A stretch of 40,000 nucleotides of DNA, taken from assembly GCF_056989575.1 (NCBI RefSeq), contig NZ_CM168018.1. One strand, written 5' to 3'. This document shows, piece after piece, positions 9,892 through 18,854 of the stretch; positions within the stretch are counted from its first letter, which is position 1, and each line of letters opens with the position of its first letter. Below the pieces are notes generated by a model. That model did no database searches. It saw only the letters and a list, made by a program, of their open reading frames with translations, and was not told the origin of the DNA. Made by a program: the position numbers and the translations under genes.

Positions 9892-10647
9892 TTGAGTGCG
9901 GGACGCCTGAATAAAAAATCTCTGGGTATCGTGATGTTGTTATCGGTTGGACTGCTTTTGGCGGGCTGTTCGGGTAGCAAATCATCCGATACAGGAACGT
10001 ATTCCGGCTCCGTTTACACCGTGAAACGGGGGGATACGCTATATCGTATTTCGCGCACCACGGGAACCAGCGTAAAAGAACTGGCGCGACTGAACGGCAT
10101 TTCCCCCCCTTACACCATTGAAGTTGGTCAGAAACTAAAACTGGGTGGGGCGAAAAGTAGCAGTAGTACACGTAAATCAACCGCCAAATCAACGACCAAA
10201 ACCGCATCGGTTACACCGTCATCAGCGGTACCGAAATCTTCCTGGCCGCCAGTAGGGCAACGTTGTTGGTTATGGCCAACGACAGGGAAAGTTATCATGC
10301 CGTATTCGACAGCAGATGGCGGCAATAAAGGGATTGATATCTCAGCTCCACGGGGTACACCTATTTACGCCGCGGGTGCAGGAAAGGTGGTGTATGTGGG
10401 CAACCAGCTGCGTGGCTACGGTAATCTCATCATGATTAAACACAGTGAAGATTACATTACGGCTTACGCCCATAATGACACGATGCTGGTAAATAATGGG
10501 CAAAGCGTGAAGGCTGGGCAAAAAATCGCCACTATGGGGAGCACGGATGCGGCATCTGTTCGCCTGCATTTCCAGATTCGTTACCGTGCAACGGCAATTG
10601 ATCCGCTACGTTACTTGCCGCCGCAGGGCAGCAAGCCAAAATGCTGA
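9892..10647 (+). CDS. ygeR: LysM-domain / M23-peptidase lipoprotein, 251 aa
   Basis: TTG start at 9892 with GAGGAAAG Shine-Dalgarno. Lipobox LLLAGC. LysM segment (YTVKRGDTLYRISR...LNGI). M23 motifs (GIDISAP...HLHFQIR). Confidence 0.9.
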   Translation: MSAGRLNKKSLGIVMLLSVGLLLAGCSGSKSSDTGTYSGSVYTVKRGDTLYRISRTTGTSVKELARLNGISPPYTIEVGQKLKLGGAKSSSSTRKSTAKSTTKTASVTPSSAVPKSSWPPVGQRCWLWPTTGKVIMPYSTADGGNKGIDISAPRGTPIYAAGAGKVVYVGNQLRGYGNLIMIKHSEDYITAYAHNDTMLVNNGQSVKAGQKIATMGSTDAASVRLHFQIRYRATAIDPLRYLPPQGSKPKC

Positions 10648-10680
10648 TGGCGAATTAATCAGCAGTCAGCAGCGCGGCAC

Positions 10681-10708
10681 TTGCTAAGGAGAGCGTAAGG
10701 TTTATAAT
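10681..10708 (+). promoter_or_regulatory. Sigma70 promoter of glyU
   Basis: TTGCTA-N16-TATAAT. The -10 hexamer ends 17 nt before the mature tRNA 5' end. Confidence 0.55.
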
Positions 10709-10725
10709 GCCTTACGCATCTCGAA

Positions 10726-10799
10726 GCGGGCGTAGTTCAATGGTAGAACGAGAGCTTCCCAAGCTCTATACGAGGGTTCGATTCCCTTCGCCCGCTCCA
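10726..10799 (+). tRNA. glyU: tRNA-Gly, anticodon CCC
   Basis: I folded the cloverleaf by hand: acceptor GCGGGCG/CGCCCGC, anticodon stem AGAGC/GCUCU, loop UUCCCAA (CCC at 10758-10760), T-arm GAGGG-UUCGAUU-CCCUU, encoded CCA. Confidence 0.97.
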
Positions 10800-11032
10800 A
10801 TTTATCTTCACCTGATCAATCTGCCATTTTTGCTGTATCTGATTTTCTATATTATCTTAATTCAACCGCTTCAGGCTTTTCGCAATCGCTGTAACACTTC
10901 CCCATTTTTTTGTAAATAAAAAGCGTTTACGCAATGCAATCCTTTTGTAACAACCCAGGTAAAATACCTTATTTTCAAGTTGTTGAATAAGTGGTTATCT
11001 ACGCTTTTAACAAACGATTGATGGATTATTTT

Positions 11033-12643
11033 ATGAAAGGGAAATCTGCATTAACTCTTCTGCTCGCTGGTATATTTTCGTGCGGCACATGCCAGGCGAC
11101 AGGGGCAGAAGTGACGAGTGAATCTGTATTTAACATTCTTAATTCCACGGGGGCAGCAACAGATAAAAGTTATTTATCGTTAAATCCAGATAAGTATCCT
11201 AATTATCGTCTTTTGATTCACTCAGCCAAATTACAAAATGAAATAAAGAGCCACTATACCAAAGACGAAATTCAAGGATTGCTAACATTAACAGAAAACA
11301 CACGAAAGTTAACGTTGACGGAGAAACCCTGGGGAACGTTTATTCTTGCTTCTACTTTCGAAGATGACAAAACAGCGGCAGAAACCCACTATGATGCTGT
11401 CTGGCTGAGGGATAGTTTATGGGGCTATATGGCATTAGTATCAGATCAGGGAAATAGTGTAGCCGCAAAAAAGGTTCTGCTCACCCTGTGGGATTATATG
11501 TCTACGCCCGACCAGATTAAGCGGATGCAGGACGTCATTAGCAACCCCAAACGACTGGATGGAGTTCCCGGGCAAATGAATGTTGTGCATATCCGATTTG
11601 ACAGCAACTCCCCCGTGATGGCAGATGTGCAGGAAGAAGGCAAGCCGCAGCTGTGGAACCATAAACAAAATGATGCGTTAGGTCTTTATCTTGATCTCCT
11701 TATACAAGCAATCGACACTGATACAATTAACGCTGAAGATTGGCAAAAAGGTGACCGATTAAAATCGGTTGCGCTGCTGATTGCTTATCTGGATAAAGCC
11801 AATTTCTATGTTATGGAAGATTCCGGAGCATGGGAAGAAGATGCCCGATTAAACACATCTTCCGTTGCACTGGTGACCTCTGGACTGGAACGTTTGTCGA
11901 ACTTACTCTCGAAGAAAGACTCTGTTTTTGTCTCTGATTTACTACGCGAAGCTAAAGCCAATGAACTGGATGAACCTCTTTCAACAACGAGGTTGAACCA
12001 CCTCATAGATAAAGGTTATGAAAGAATAACGTTACAGCTTGATTTAGGGGGAGAATCCCCAGGTTATCTGGAAAAAGATAAACATTACAGAGAAGCCGAT
12101 GCGGCTTTACTTAATGTTATTTATCCTGCAAATCTTGCAAAGATAAACACCAGAAGAAAAGAGCAGGTTCTAAAAATAGTTAAAAAACTAGCAGGTCCGT
12201 ATGGTATAAAAAGATACGAGAAGGATAATTATCAGTCGGCAAATTTTTGGTTCAATGATATTAAAACCGATACCGATCAAAATTCACATGCGAAAAGAGA
12301 AAAGAGCTTCATTCCATCAACAGAAGCAGAATGGTTTTTTGACTCATGGTATGCAAAATCAGCAGCAATTGTTTATAAAGAATCAAGAAAGGAAGAGTAT
12401 TTGAATGACTCAGTGCAATTTATGAATAGATCATTGGCCCAAATAACAGGCGAGAATATGATTGGTGCAAATGGCAGGAGTGTACCTGAAATGGCACTTC
12501 CCGAAAGCTATAACTATATCCACAAGTCGGGAACTTTGCATGAAGCGCCAAGCCCTATCATTCCGCTAAATTGGTCGAAAGCTTCAATGACTCTCATGTT
12601 GAAAGAGATGTCCAACCTTATCAATGATGAGGGAATTAAATAG
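11033..12643 (+). CDS. ygeQ: Exported glycoside-hydrolase family 15-like protein, about 536 aa (full-length form of the K-12 ygeQ remnant)
   Basis: N-terminal signal peptide (MKGKSALTLLLAGIFSCGTCQA). GH15-like motifs YDAVWLRDS, WNHKQNDALG, GAWEED (general-acid region) and LPESY (general-base region). The start is uncertain: 11021, 11033 or GTG 10991. Confidence 0.75.
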   Translation: MKGKSALTLLLAGIFSCGTCQATGAEVTSESVFNILNSTGAATDKSYLSLNPDKYPNYRLLIHSAKLQNEIKSHYTKDEIQGLLTLTENTRKLTLTEKPWGTFILASTFEDDKTAAETHYDAVWLRDSLWGYMALVSDQGNSVAAKKVLLTLWDYMSTPDQIKRMQDVISNPKRLDGVPGQMNVVHIRFDSNSPVMADVQEEGKPQLWNHKQNDALGLYLDLLIQAIDTDTINAEDWQKGDRLKSVALLIAYLDKANFYVMEDSGAWEEDARLNTSSVALVTSGLERLSNLLSKKDSVFVSDLLREAKANELDEPLSTTRLNHLIDKGYERITLQLDLGGESPGYLEKDKHYREADAALLNVIYPANLAKINTRRKEQVLKIVKKLAGPYGIKRYEKDNYQSANFWFNDIKTDTDQNSHAKREKSFIPSTEAEWFFDSWYAKSAAIVYKESRKEEYLNDSVQFMNRSLAQITGENMIGANGRSVPEMALPESYNYIHKSGTLHEAPSPIIPLNWSKASMTLMLKEMSNLINDEGIK

Positions 12644-12655
12644 TTTTCATAATGA

Positions 12656-12775
12656 GTTACAGCACAACGTTGGGTATTGACTGAGCAAGATGAACGACAA
12701 GGACAACGACATCAGCCTTATGAGGAGCAAGAAAATGAAAGCAAATTCGAAAACGATCAGAAGGATGAAAGTTAA
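12656..12775 (+). pseudogene. Orphan 3' remnant of the gene upstream of epaO (probably eivJ/invJ-like)
   Basis: A 39-codon open frame with no start (..VTAQRWVLTEQDERQGQRHQPYEEQENESKFENDQKDES*). It is preceded by two in-frame stops. Its TAA overlaps the epaO ATG (TAATG), as expected for a translationally coupled upstream gene. Confidence 0.4.
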
Positions 12776-13722
12776 TGTTCGGTCTGAGGAAAGTAAATCG
12801 AAACACTCATACGTTTGAAACCACTTTTCAAAATTGGAAAGAAAATGGCGAAGATGTTGCATTATTAATGCCCGAATTTAGTGCTAAATGGTTACCGATA
12901 GCAGAAGAGAGTGGCAGCTGGTCTGGATGGGTATTGCTTGGAGAAATATTTCCCTTAATTTCATCTGAGCTCGCTGGGATGGCTTTAATGCCAGAAACGG
13001 AAAGGTTAATAGGGGAATGGCTCAGTTTATCCAGTTCCCCGTTAAATCTAAAGCATCCTGAACTAAAATATAATCGTTTGCACGTAGGTAAAGTATTTGA
13101 TGGAGTATTGAGCCCTGCTCAACCACTAATAAGAATATGAACAGGGGAATTGAATCTTTGGTTAGATAAAGTCACAGTCTGCCAATACGGAAACGCTCCA
13201 GTGTTAGACAAAAAATCATTATATTGGTCCATTCATTTTGTAATTGGATTTAGTAAAACATGTTACAGAAGTCTTGTTGATATTGAAGTTGGTGATGTTT
13301 TATTAATCTCAAATAATTTGGCTTATGCGGTTATTTATAATACAAAAATTTGTGATTTAATTTTTCCAGAGGAGTTAAAAATGGCTGATCATTTTGAGTA
13401 CGAGGAAGATTTTGAAACAGATGATTTTGATATCAAAAAAAACGAGAGTGAGATTTATGATGAAAATGACGAACAGATGATTAATAGTTTTGAAGAGTTG
13501 CCTGTAAAAATTGAGTTTGTTCTTGGTAAGAAAATAATGAATCTATATGAAATAGACGATCTCTGTGCAAAAAGAATAATATCTCTGCTTCCTGAATCTG
13601 AGAAAAATATAGAGATACGTGTAAATGGTGCGCTAACTGGCTATGGCGAACTTGTTGAAGTGGATGATAAATTGGGCGTAGAAATTCATTCTTGGTTATC
13701 AGGGAATAATAATGTCAAATAG
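12775..13722 (+). pseudogene. epaO: SctQ/SpaO homologue (sorting-platform protein) interrupted by an in-frame TGA
   Basis: The two track ORFs (12775-13140 and 13150-13722) share one frame and are separated only by TGA at 13138-13140 (codon 122 of 315). The C-terminus aligns to the SpaO SpoA region (LPVKIEFVLGKK...GELVEVDDKLGVEIHSWL). Confidence 0.85.
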
Positions 13723-14377
13723 CATTTCGCTGATAGCGATATTATCATTATTTACACTATTGCCGTTTATAATAGCATCCGGGACATGTTTTATTAAATT
13801 CTCGATTGTTTTTGTTATTGTCCGAAACGCGCTGGGACTTCAGCAAGTGCCATCAAATATGACACTTAATGGGGTTGCTTTGCTATTGTCAATGTTCGTA
13901 ATGATGCCGGTTGGGAAGGAAATATATAATAACAGTCAGAATGAGAATCTTTCATTCAATAATGTAGCATCGGTTGTTAATTTTGTTGAGACAGGCATGA
14001 GTGGTTATAAATCATATTTGATAAAATATTCTGAACCTGAGTTGGTTAGCTTTTTTGAAAAGATTCAGAAGGTGAATAGTTCTGAAGACAATGAAGAGAT
14101 AATCGATGATGATAATATTTCAATTTTCTCGTTACTGCCCGCATATGCATTGAGTGAGATAAAAAGTGCATTTATTATAGGTTTTTATATCTATTTACCC
14201 TTTGTCGTAGTGGATCTGGTTATATCCAGCGTTCTGTTAACGTTAGGTATGATGATGATGAGTCCGGTAACCATATCTACACCGATAAAATTAATTTTGT
14301 TTGTCGCGATGGACGGTTGGACAATGTTATCAAAAGGGCTCATTTTACAATATTTTGACCTATCCATTAATCCCTGA
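13712..14377 (+). CDS. epaP: SctR/SpaP export-apparatus protein, 221 aa
   Basis: Very close to SpaP (ISLIA...LLPFIIASGTCFIKFSIVFVIVRNALGLQQVPSNMTLNGVALLLSMFVM). Confidence 0.92.
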   Translation: MSNSISLIAILSLFTLLPFIIASGTCFIKFSIVFVIVRNALGLQQVPSNMTLNGVALLLSMFVMMPVGKEIYNNSQNENLSFNNVASVVNFVETGMSGYKSYLIKYSEPELVSFFEKIQKVNSSEDNEEIIDDDNISIFSLLPAYALSEIKSAFIIGFYIYLPFVVVDLVISSVLLTLGMMMMSPVTISTPIKLILFVAMDGWTMLSKGLILQYFDLSINP

Positions 14378-14386
14378 GGAAAAAAT

Positions 14387-14647
14387 ATGGACGATATTGT
14401 TTTTGCGGGGAATAGGGCGCTGTATCTGATTTTAGTTATGTCTGCAGGACCTATTGCAGTTGCGACATTTGTTGGTTTATTGGTAGGGCTTTTTCAAACG
14501 GTAACGCAGTTGCAAGAACAGACGTTGCCATTTGGCGTGAAATTATTGTGCGTAAGTATTTGCTTTTTTTTAATGAGCGGGTGGTATGGTGAAAAATTAT
14601 ATTCATTTGGTATCGAAATGCTGAATTTAGCATTCGCGAGAGGATAG
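14387..14647 (+). CDS. epaQ: SctS/SpaQ export-apparatus protein, 86 aa
   Basis: Size, position and two hydrophobic helices match SpaQ ([21 protein letters not shown]). Confidence 0.9.
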   Translation: MDDIVFAGNRALYLILVMSAGPIAVATFVGLLVGLFQTVTQLQEQTLPFGVKLLCVSICFFLMSGWYGEKLYSFGIEMLNLAFARG

Positions 14648-14648
14648 C

Positions 14649-15416
14649 ATGGGGGAGGCGATACTCTATCAGTTGCATAGTCTGCTGGCTGCTACAGCGC
14701 TCGGTTTTTGCCGATTGGCACCAACTTTCTATTTGTTACCATTTTTCGCCAGTGGGAATATACCAACAGTAGTTCGTCACCCAATAATAATAGTGGTATC
14801 ATGTGCATTAGTTCAGCATTACCACTATGAATTATTGAACTTAAATGAAATCGATATTGCTTTGTTCGCTGCCAGAGAAATTATCATAGGGCTGTTTATT
14901 GCATGCTTATTAGCATCCCCGTTTTGGATGTTCCTTGCTATAGGTAGCTTTATCGATAACCAACGCGGTGCAACATTAAGTAGTACTTTGGATCCGGCTA
15001 CAGGTGTCGATACCTCGGAATTAGCAAGATTATTTAACCTTTTCTCTGCTGCGGTTTATCTTACTAAAGGTGGAATGAACTTTATTCTGGAAACTCTTTG
15101 GCAAAGTTATAATTTATGGCCTTCAGGCAATTTTAATTTTCCTAAATTAGAGCCTTTATTCTCATATATTAATAACATAATGACTCATACTATCGTTTAC
15201 GCAAGCCCCGTGATTGCCGTTATGCTGGGCGGTGAGGCTGTCCTGGGATTGCTGGCATGTTATGCTTCACAACTAAATGCTTTTGCCATTTCACTGACTG
15301 TCAAAAGTGCGCTGGCATTTTTAATATTAATTATTTATTTTGCCCCAATACTGGCTGAACGAGTAATGCCGTTATCCTTTTTCCCAGAACAATTGCAACT
15401 ATACATTGAGAAATAG
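14649..15416 (+). CDS. epaR: SctT/SpaR export-apparatus protein, 255 aa
   Basis: SpaR-like sequence (IDNQRGATLSSTLDPATGVDTSE; NAFAISLTVKS). Confidence 0.9.
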   Translation: MGEAILYQLHSLLAATALGFCRLAPTFYLLPFFASGNIPTVVRHPIIIVVSCALVQHYHYELLNLNEIDIALFAAREIIIGLFIACLLASPFWMFLAIGSFIDNQRGATLSSTLDPATGVDTSELARLFNLFSAAVYLTKGGMNFILETLWQSYNLWPSGNFNFPKLEPLFSYINNIMTHTIVYASPVIAVMLGGEAVLGLLACYASQLNAFAISLTVKSALAFLILIIYFAPILAERVMPLSFFPEQLQLYIEK

Positions 15417-15424
15417 AGTGTTTC

Positions 15425-16545
15425 ATGGCCAATAAAACTGAAAAGCCAACACAAAAGAAACTCCAGGATGCTTCTAAAAAAGGGCAAATTCTAAAAAGTA
15501 GAGACTTAACCATCTCTGTAATAATGCTTGTGGGTACTTTATATCTCGGATATGTTTTTGATGTGCATCACATTATGTCGATTCTTGAATACATCCTTGA
15601 TCATAACGCTAAACCAGATATTTGGGACTATTTTAAAGCTATGGGGGTTGGTTGGTTGAAAACGAACATTCCTTTTTTGCTGGTTTGCATGTTCACAACA
15701 ATACTTGTCTCCTGGTTTCAAAGTAAAATGCAATTAGCAACTGAAGCTGTTAAATTTAAGTTTGATTCATTGAATCCAGTAAATGGCTTAAAGCGTATAT
15801 TTGGCTTAAAAACCGTAAAAGAATTTGTTAAAGCAATTCTTTATATTGTTTTTTTTGCATTGGCGATCAAAGTATTTTGGAGTAATCATAAATCACTGCT
15901 TTTTAAAACTCTTGATGGAGATATCATATCTTTATTATCAGATTGGGGAGAGATGCTATTCCTTCTCATACTGTATTGTCTCGGCAGTATGATAATTGTC
16001 TTAATTTTTGATTTTATCGCTGAATATTTTTTATTTATGAAAGATATGAAAATGGATAAACAAGAAGTTAAAAGAGAATACAAGAAGCAAGAAGGAAATC
16101 CAGAAATTAAGTCTAAACGCAGAGAGCGCATCAGGAAATTCTTTCTGAGCAATTGAAGTCTGATGTCAGTAATAGTCGTTTGATGATTGCCAACCCTACT
16201 CACATTGCAATAGGAATATACTTTAAGCCACATCTTTCACCTATTCCATTGATTTCTGTAAGAGAAACTAATGAGGTAGCCTTAGCCGTAAGGAAATATG
16301 CAAAGGAAATCGGAATACCAATTATCACAGATAAAAAATTAGCACGAAAAATTTATGCTACCCATCGTCGCTACGATTATGTTAGCTTCGAAAATATAGA
16401 TGAAATATTACGTCTTCTGCTGTGGCTTGAAGATGTGGAGAATGCTGGACAACCTGTTCCAGATGAACAGCTCTCTTCAGAAGATAAATTCATTGAAGGT
16501 GAAGAGAAAGAAATCGAGAATAAAGACGATAATTTAAAAAATTAA
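15425..16545 (+). pseudogene. epaS: SctU/SpaS autoprotease switch protein, split by a 1-nt frameshift
   Basis: Frame 2 ORF 15425-16156 reads ..KSKRRE, then goes out of frame. Frame 1 resumes as AHQEILSEQLKSDVSNSRLMIANPTHIAIG from about 16126. The shift lies in the AGAGAG run at 16121-16126, just upstream of the NPTH cleavage motif. Confidence 0.88.
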
Positions 16546-16572
16546 ACATCTGTCGTAGTCAGAAATTTATAA

Positions 16573-16601
16573 GAATCTACACGCAAAAACCGTGTAGATT
16601 C
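16573..16601. terminator. Bidirectional hairpin between convergent epaS and the lipoprotein gene
   Basis: Perfect 11-bp stem GAATCTACACG-CAAAAAC-CGTGTAGATTC, followed by ATTATTT. Confidence 0.6.
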
Positions 16602-16606
16602 ATTAT

Positions 16607-16900
16607 TTAATGAGTTAAACGATCTTGTGAAATGACAAGCAATTGATACATACTCATCTCTTTATAAGCTGGAACTGTAGTAACCTGTGCAAATTCGCGA
16701 TATAGCTTTTGCTCCAGTTCTGCTGAAGATATATATTCCGGGTGTTCGCTAAAGAACTGTCTTGCATCTACTATCGCTTGGGATTCGCCACTTCTTTTAT
16801 TTTGATTCTCCTTTAATGAATTTTCTATGGTGCATGCAGAGAGCAACGATATCAGCGCGATGGTTATTATGATGTTACTATTATATCCTACTAATGACAT
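16607..16900 (-). CDS. Small predicted lipoprotein, 97 aa, function unknown
   Basis: Lipobox ALISLLSAC. The mature part looks helical and charged. Its ATG lies 1 nt after the etrA stop (TGATATG), so the two are co-transcribed and coupled. Confidence 0.7.
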   Translation of the reverse strand: MSLVGYNSNIIITIALISLLSACTIENSLKENQNKRSGESQAIVDARQFFSEHPEYISSAELEQKLYREFAQVTTVPAYKEMSMYQLLVISQDRLTH

Positions 16901-16901
16901 A

Positions 16902-17402
16902 TCAACTTTCTCTTACGCAAGATTGGAGTTTAAAATAATGTTTATCCCATTCACAGAGTGCTATAAACAACTCAACAGTACCTTTTATGTTAAGTTTATT
17001 TAGGGCTCTTATTTTGTGATATGATATTGTTTTATAATCAATTCCTTTAATAATGGCTATTTGTTTTAACGAGTAAGAAACACATAACCGCAGGATATCT
17101 ATCTCATCATGGGTAAGTGGTTCTTGTGTGGAATACACATTTTGTGTATGAAGATTCGAAATCAGGAAATGCGTTAAATCAGATAATGTAATATTCTTAT
17201 TGATCCTGATGAAATTGTTGCTTAAAAGGATGTTTACAGGTTCTGTATTTGGATTGAGATTTCGATGTTGATGCTCATCAATAACAACGAACGAATGCCC
17301 AAGATCAACCAACGCAACTAAATCGCTGTAATATTCTTTTTGGGATGCTAATAATGCATTAGTGCCTACAGTGAAGTAGACATCACTGGAAAAGACTTGC
17401 AT
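16902..17402 (-). CDS. etrA: LuxR/GerE-type HTH regulator of ETT2, 166 aa
   Basis: C-terminal GerE-type HTH (LTHDEIDILRLCVSYSLKQIAIIKGIDYKTISYHKIRALNKL). Its position between epaS and eprH matches the ETT2 map as I recall it. Confidence 0.8.
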   Translation of the reverse strand: MQVFSSDVYFTVGTNALLASQKEYYSDLVALVDLGHSFVVIDEHQHRNLNPNTEPVNILLSNNFIRINKNITLSDLTHFLISNLHTQNVYSTQEPLTHDEIDILRLCVSYSLKQIAIIKGIDYKTISYHKIRALNKLNIKGTVELFIALCEWDKHYFKLQSCVRES

Positions 17403-17659
17403 ATGCCAACCTGTACTCTAAAATCATTTAGGGTAAATATTACGTGTAAAAGTTAAAATAAAAGTAATTATTATATTTGCTTAACATTGAGGGAATAGGG
17501 TTTATACCTTAAATTGTAAATAAAGTTATGCATAGAGGCATTTAAAATAGTTCTCGAAATTATAATTTTTTTATTCTGTGTCATCATTATTTGGTCATGA
17601 TATTTCCGTCTTGTTACACTACTCTAAACTAGAGCTTATGGAATTAGCGGGTGGTATTC

Positions 17660-18841
17660 ATGGAAAATAATGATAAATTCTTATCACAAGAATTATTGGA
17701 ATCTTATGCCATTCGTTTGTTGAGCGGACCATTGAATGGATGCGAGTATGAAATACTTAATGGGCGTCTACTTGTTATCATTGGTAATGATGTTTCGTTA
17801 GGAAGAAGTGATGCTTTTTCTGAGTTACCAGAAAACACAATAGTCGTTCCTTATGGCGAGCTTACAGGTAGTTTTGAGATAATAATTACTACCGACCCTG
17901 ATCTGGTAGTAACATTCAGAGAATTAACAGCACAAGAACCTGAAGATAGAACGTTAACATTGAATCAGCAAATAGAAGTTTTAGGTCTCAAATTTGCTGT
18001 AAAAGAAAAAAATGAAGTTTGGCAGTATTCATTGCCAGGCATTATTGAAAATAACATTATTTCTACAAAACAACATTTCTTTAGCAGTAAGCTGTTTAAG
18101 TATGTAATGCTTTTTTTTCTTTTTGCTATCATTTTCATTGCTTTTTATATTGTTAATGCCAGTAATGATCCGCAGCTGAGACATATCGATAAAATTCTTG
18201 TAAACAAAAACAGGAATTATGAAATTTTATATGGTAGAGATCATGTTATCTATATTAATACCAATATTTTGGATGAAGCAGTCTGGGTCAAACAAGCACT
18301 GGAAAAAAATCAACCAGGAAAGCCAGTACGGGTGATAAATCCTGATGATGAATCGATACGAATTTTTTCATGGCTTGCTGATAATTTCCCTGATTTACAA
18401 TATTTTAAACTTCAACTATTAGATGCCAGTAATCTAAGATTGACAGTGAGTAAGCAACGGAACGCTATCACACAGCAACTAATCGATAATCTTATTAAAG
18501 GATTACTGCAAACTATGCCATATGCCAGCAATATAAGTATTGCGGTATTAGATGATAATGTATTGGAAAGTCAGGCTATTGAAACGTTGTCAGCGATAGG
18601 TCTTTCTTATGAAAAATATAAAACAGCTAACAATGTGTATTTCAATATCATTGGTACGTTAAGTGACAGTGAATTAAATAAAATTAATAACTATGTTGAC
18701 GAATATTATAAACAATGGGGTAAACAATATGTAAGATTTAATGTGAATTTGAAAAATCAGGACACAAATAATAGTTCATTTAGCTACGGAGATAACCGAT
18801 TCGAGAAGTCTCAAGGTAGCAACTGGACATTTCAGGAATAA
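17660..18841 (+). CDS. eprH: SctD/PrgH inner-membrane ring protein, 393 aa
   Basis: Aligns with PrgH throughout (IRLLSGPLNGCEYEILNGRLLVIIG; central TM segment; C-terminal YYKQWGKQYVRFNV). I prefer ATG 17660 over the track's GTG 17651. Confidence 0.88.
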   Translation: MENNDKFLSQELLESYAIRLLSGPLNGCEYEILNGRLLVIIGNDVSLGRSDAFSELPENTIVVPYGELTGSFEIIITTDPDLVVTFRELTAQEPEDRTLTLNQQIEVLGLKFAVKEKNEVWQYSLPGIIENNIISTKQHFFSSKLFKYVMLFFLFAIIFIAFYIVNASNDPQLRHIDKILVNKNRNYEILYGRDHVIYINTNILDEAVWVKQALEKNQPGKPVRVINPDDESIRIFSWLADNFPDLQYFKLQLLDASNLRLTVSKQRNAITQQLIDNLIKGLLQTMPYASNISIAVLDDNVLESQAIETLSAIGLSYEKYKTANNVYFNIIGTLSDSELNKINNYVDEYYKQWGKQYVRFNVNLKNQDTNNSSFSYGDNRFEKSQGSNWTFQE

Positions 18842-18854
18842 TTGAGGAGGACTT

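Noticed and set aside
9683-9895. 70-aa ORF upstream of ygeR
   Set aside because: It has no Shine-Dalgarno. It overlaps the ygeR ribosome-binding site and TTG start, and the peptide has no recognisable features.
10707-10919. 70-aa ORF overlapping glyU
   Set aside because: It reads through a canonical tRNA-Gly cloverleaf and is an artefact of ORF calling.
12647-12862. 71-aa minus-strand ORF across the ygeQ-epaO junction
   Set aside because: It is antisense to the epaO start and to the coupled upstream remnant. The peptide is low-complexity and Leu/Ile/Phe-rich, as expected from AT-rich DNA, and it has no Shine-Dalgarno.
13138-13140. The epaO TGA as selenocysteine or programmed read-through
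   Set aside because: I could not find a SECIS-like stem-loop in the roughly 50 nt downstream, and the neighbouring genes carry ordinary inactivating lesions. A plain nonsense mutation is the simplest reading.
16153-16545. Independent gene for the EpaS C-terminal domain, starting at TTG 16153
   Set aside because: There is no Shine-Dalgarno within reach, and homology to SpaS already begins upstream of the TTG in the same frame (from about 16126). It is the 3' part of a frameshifted gene.
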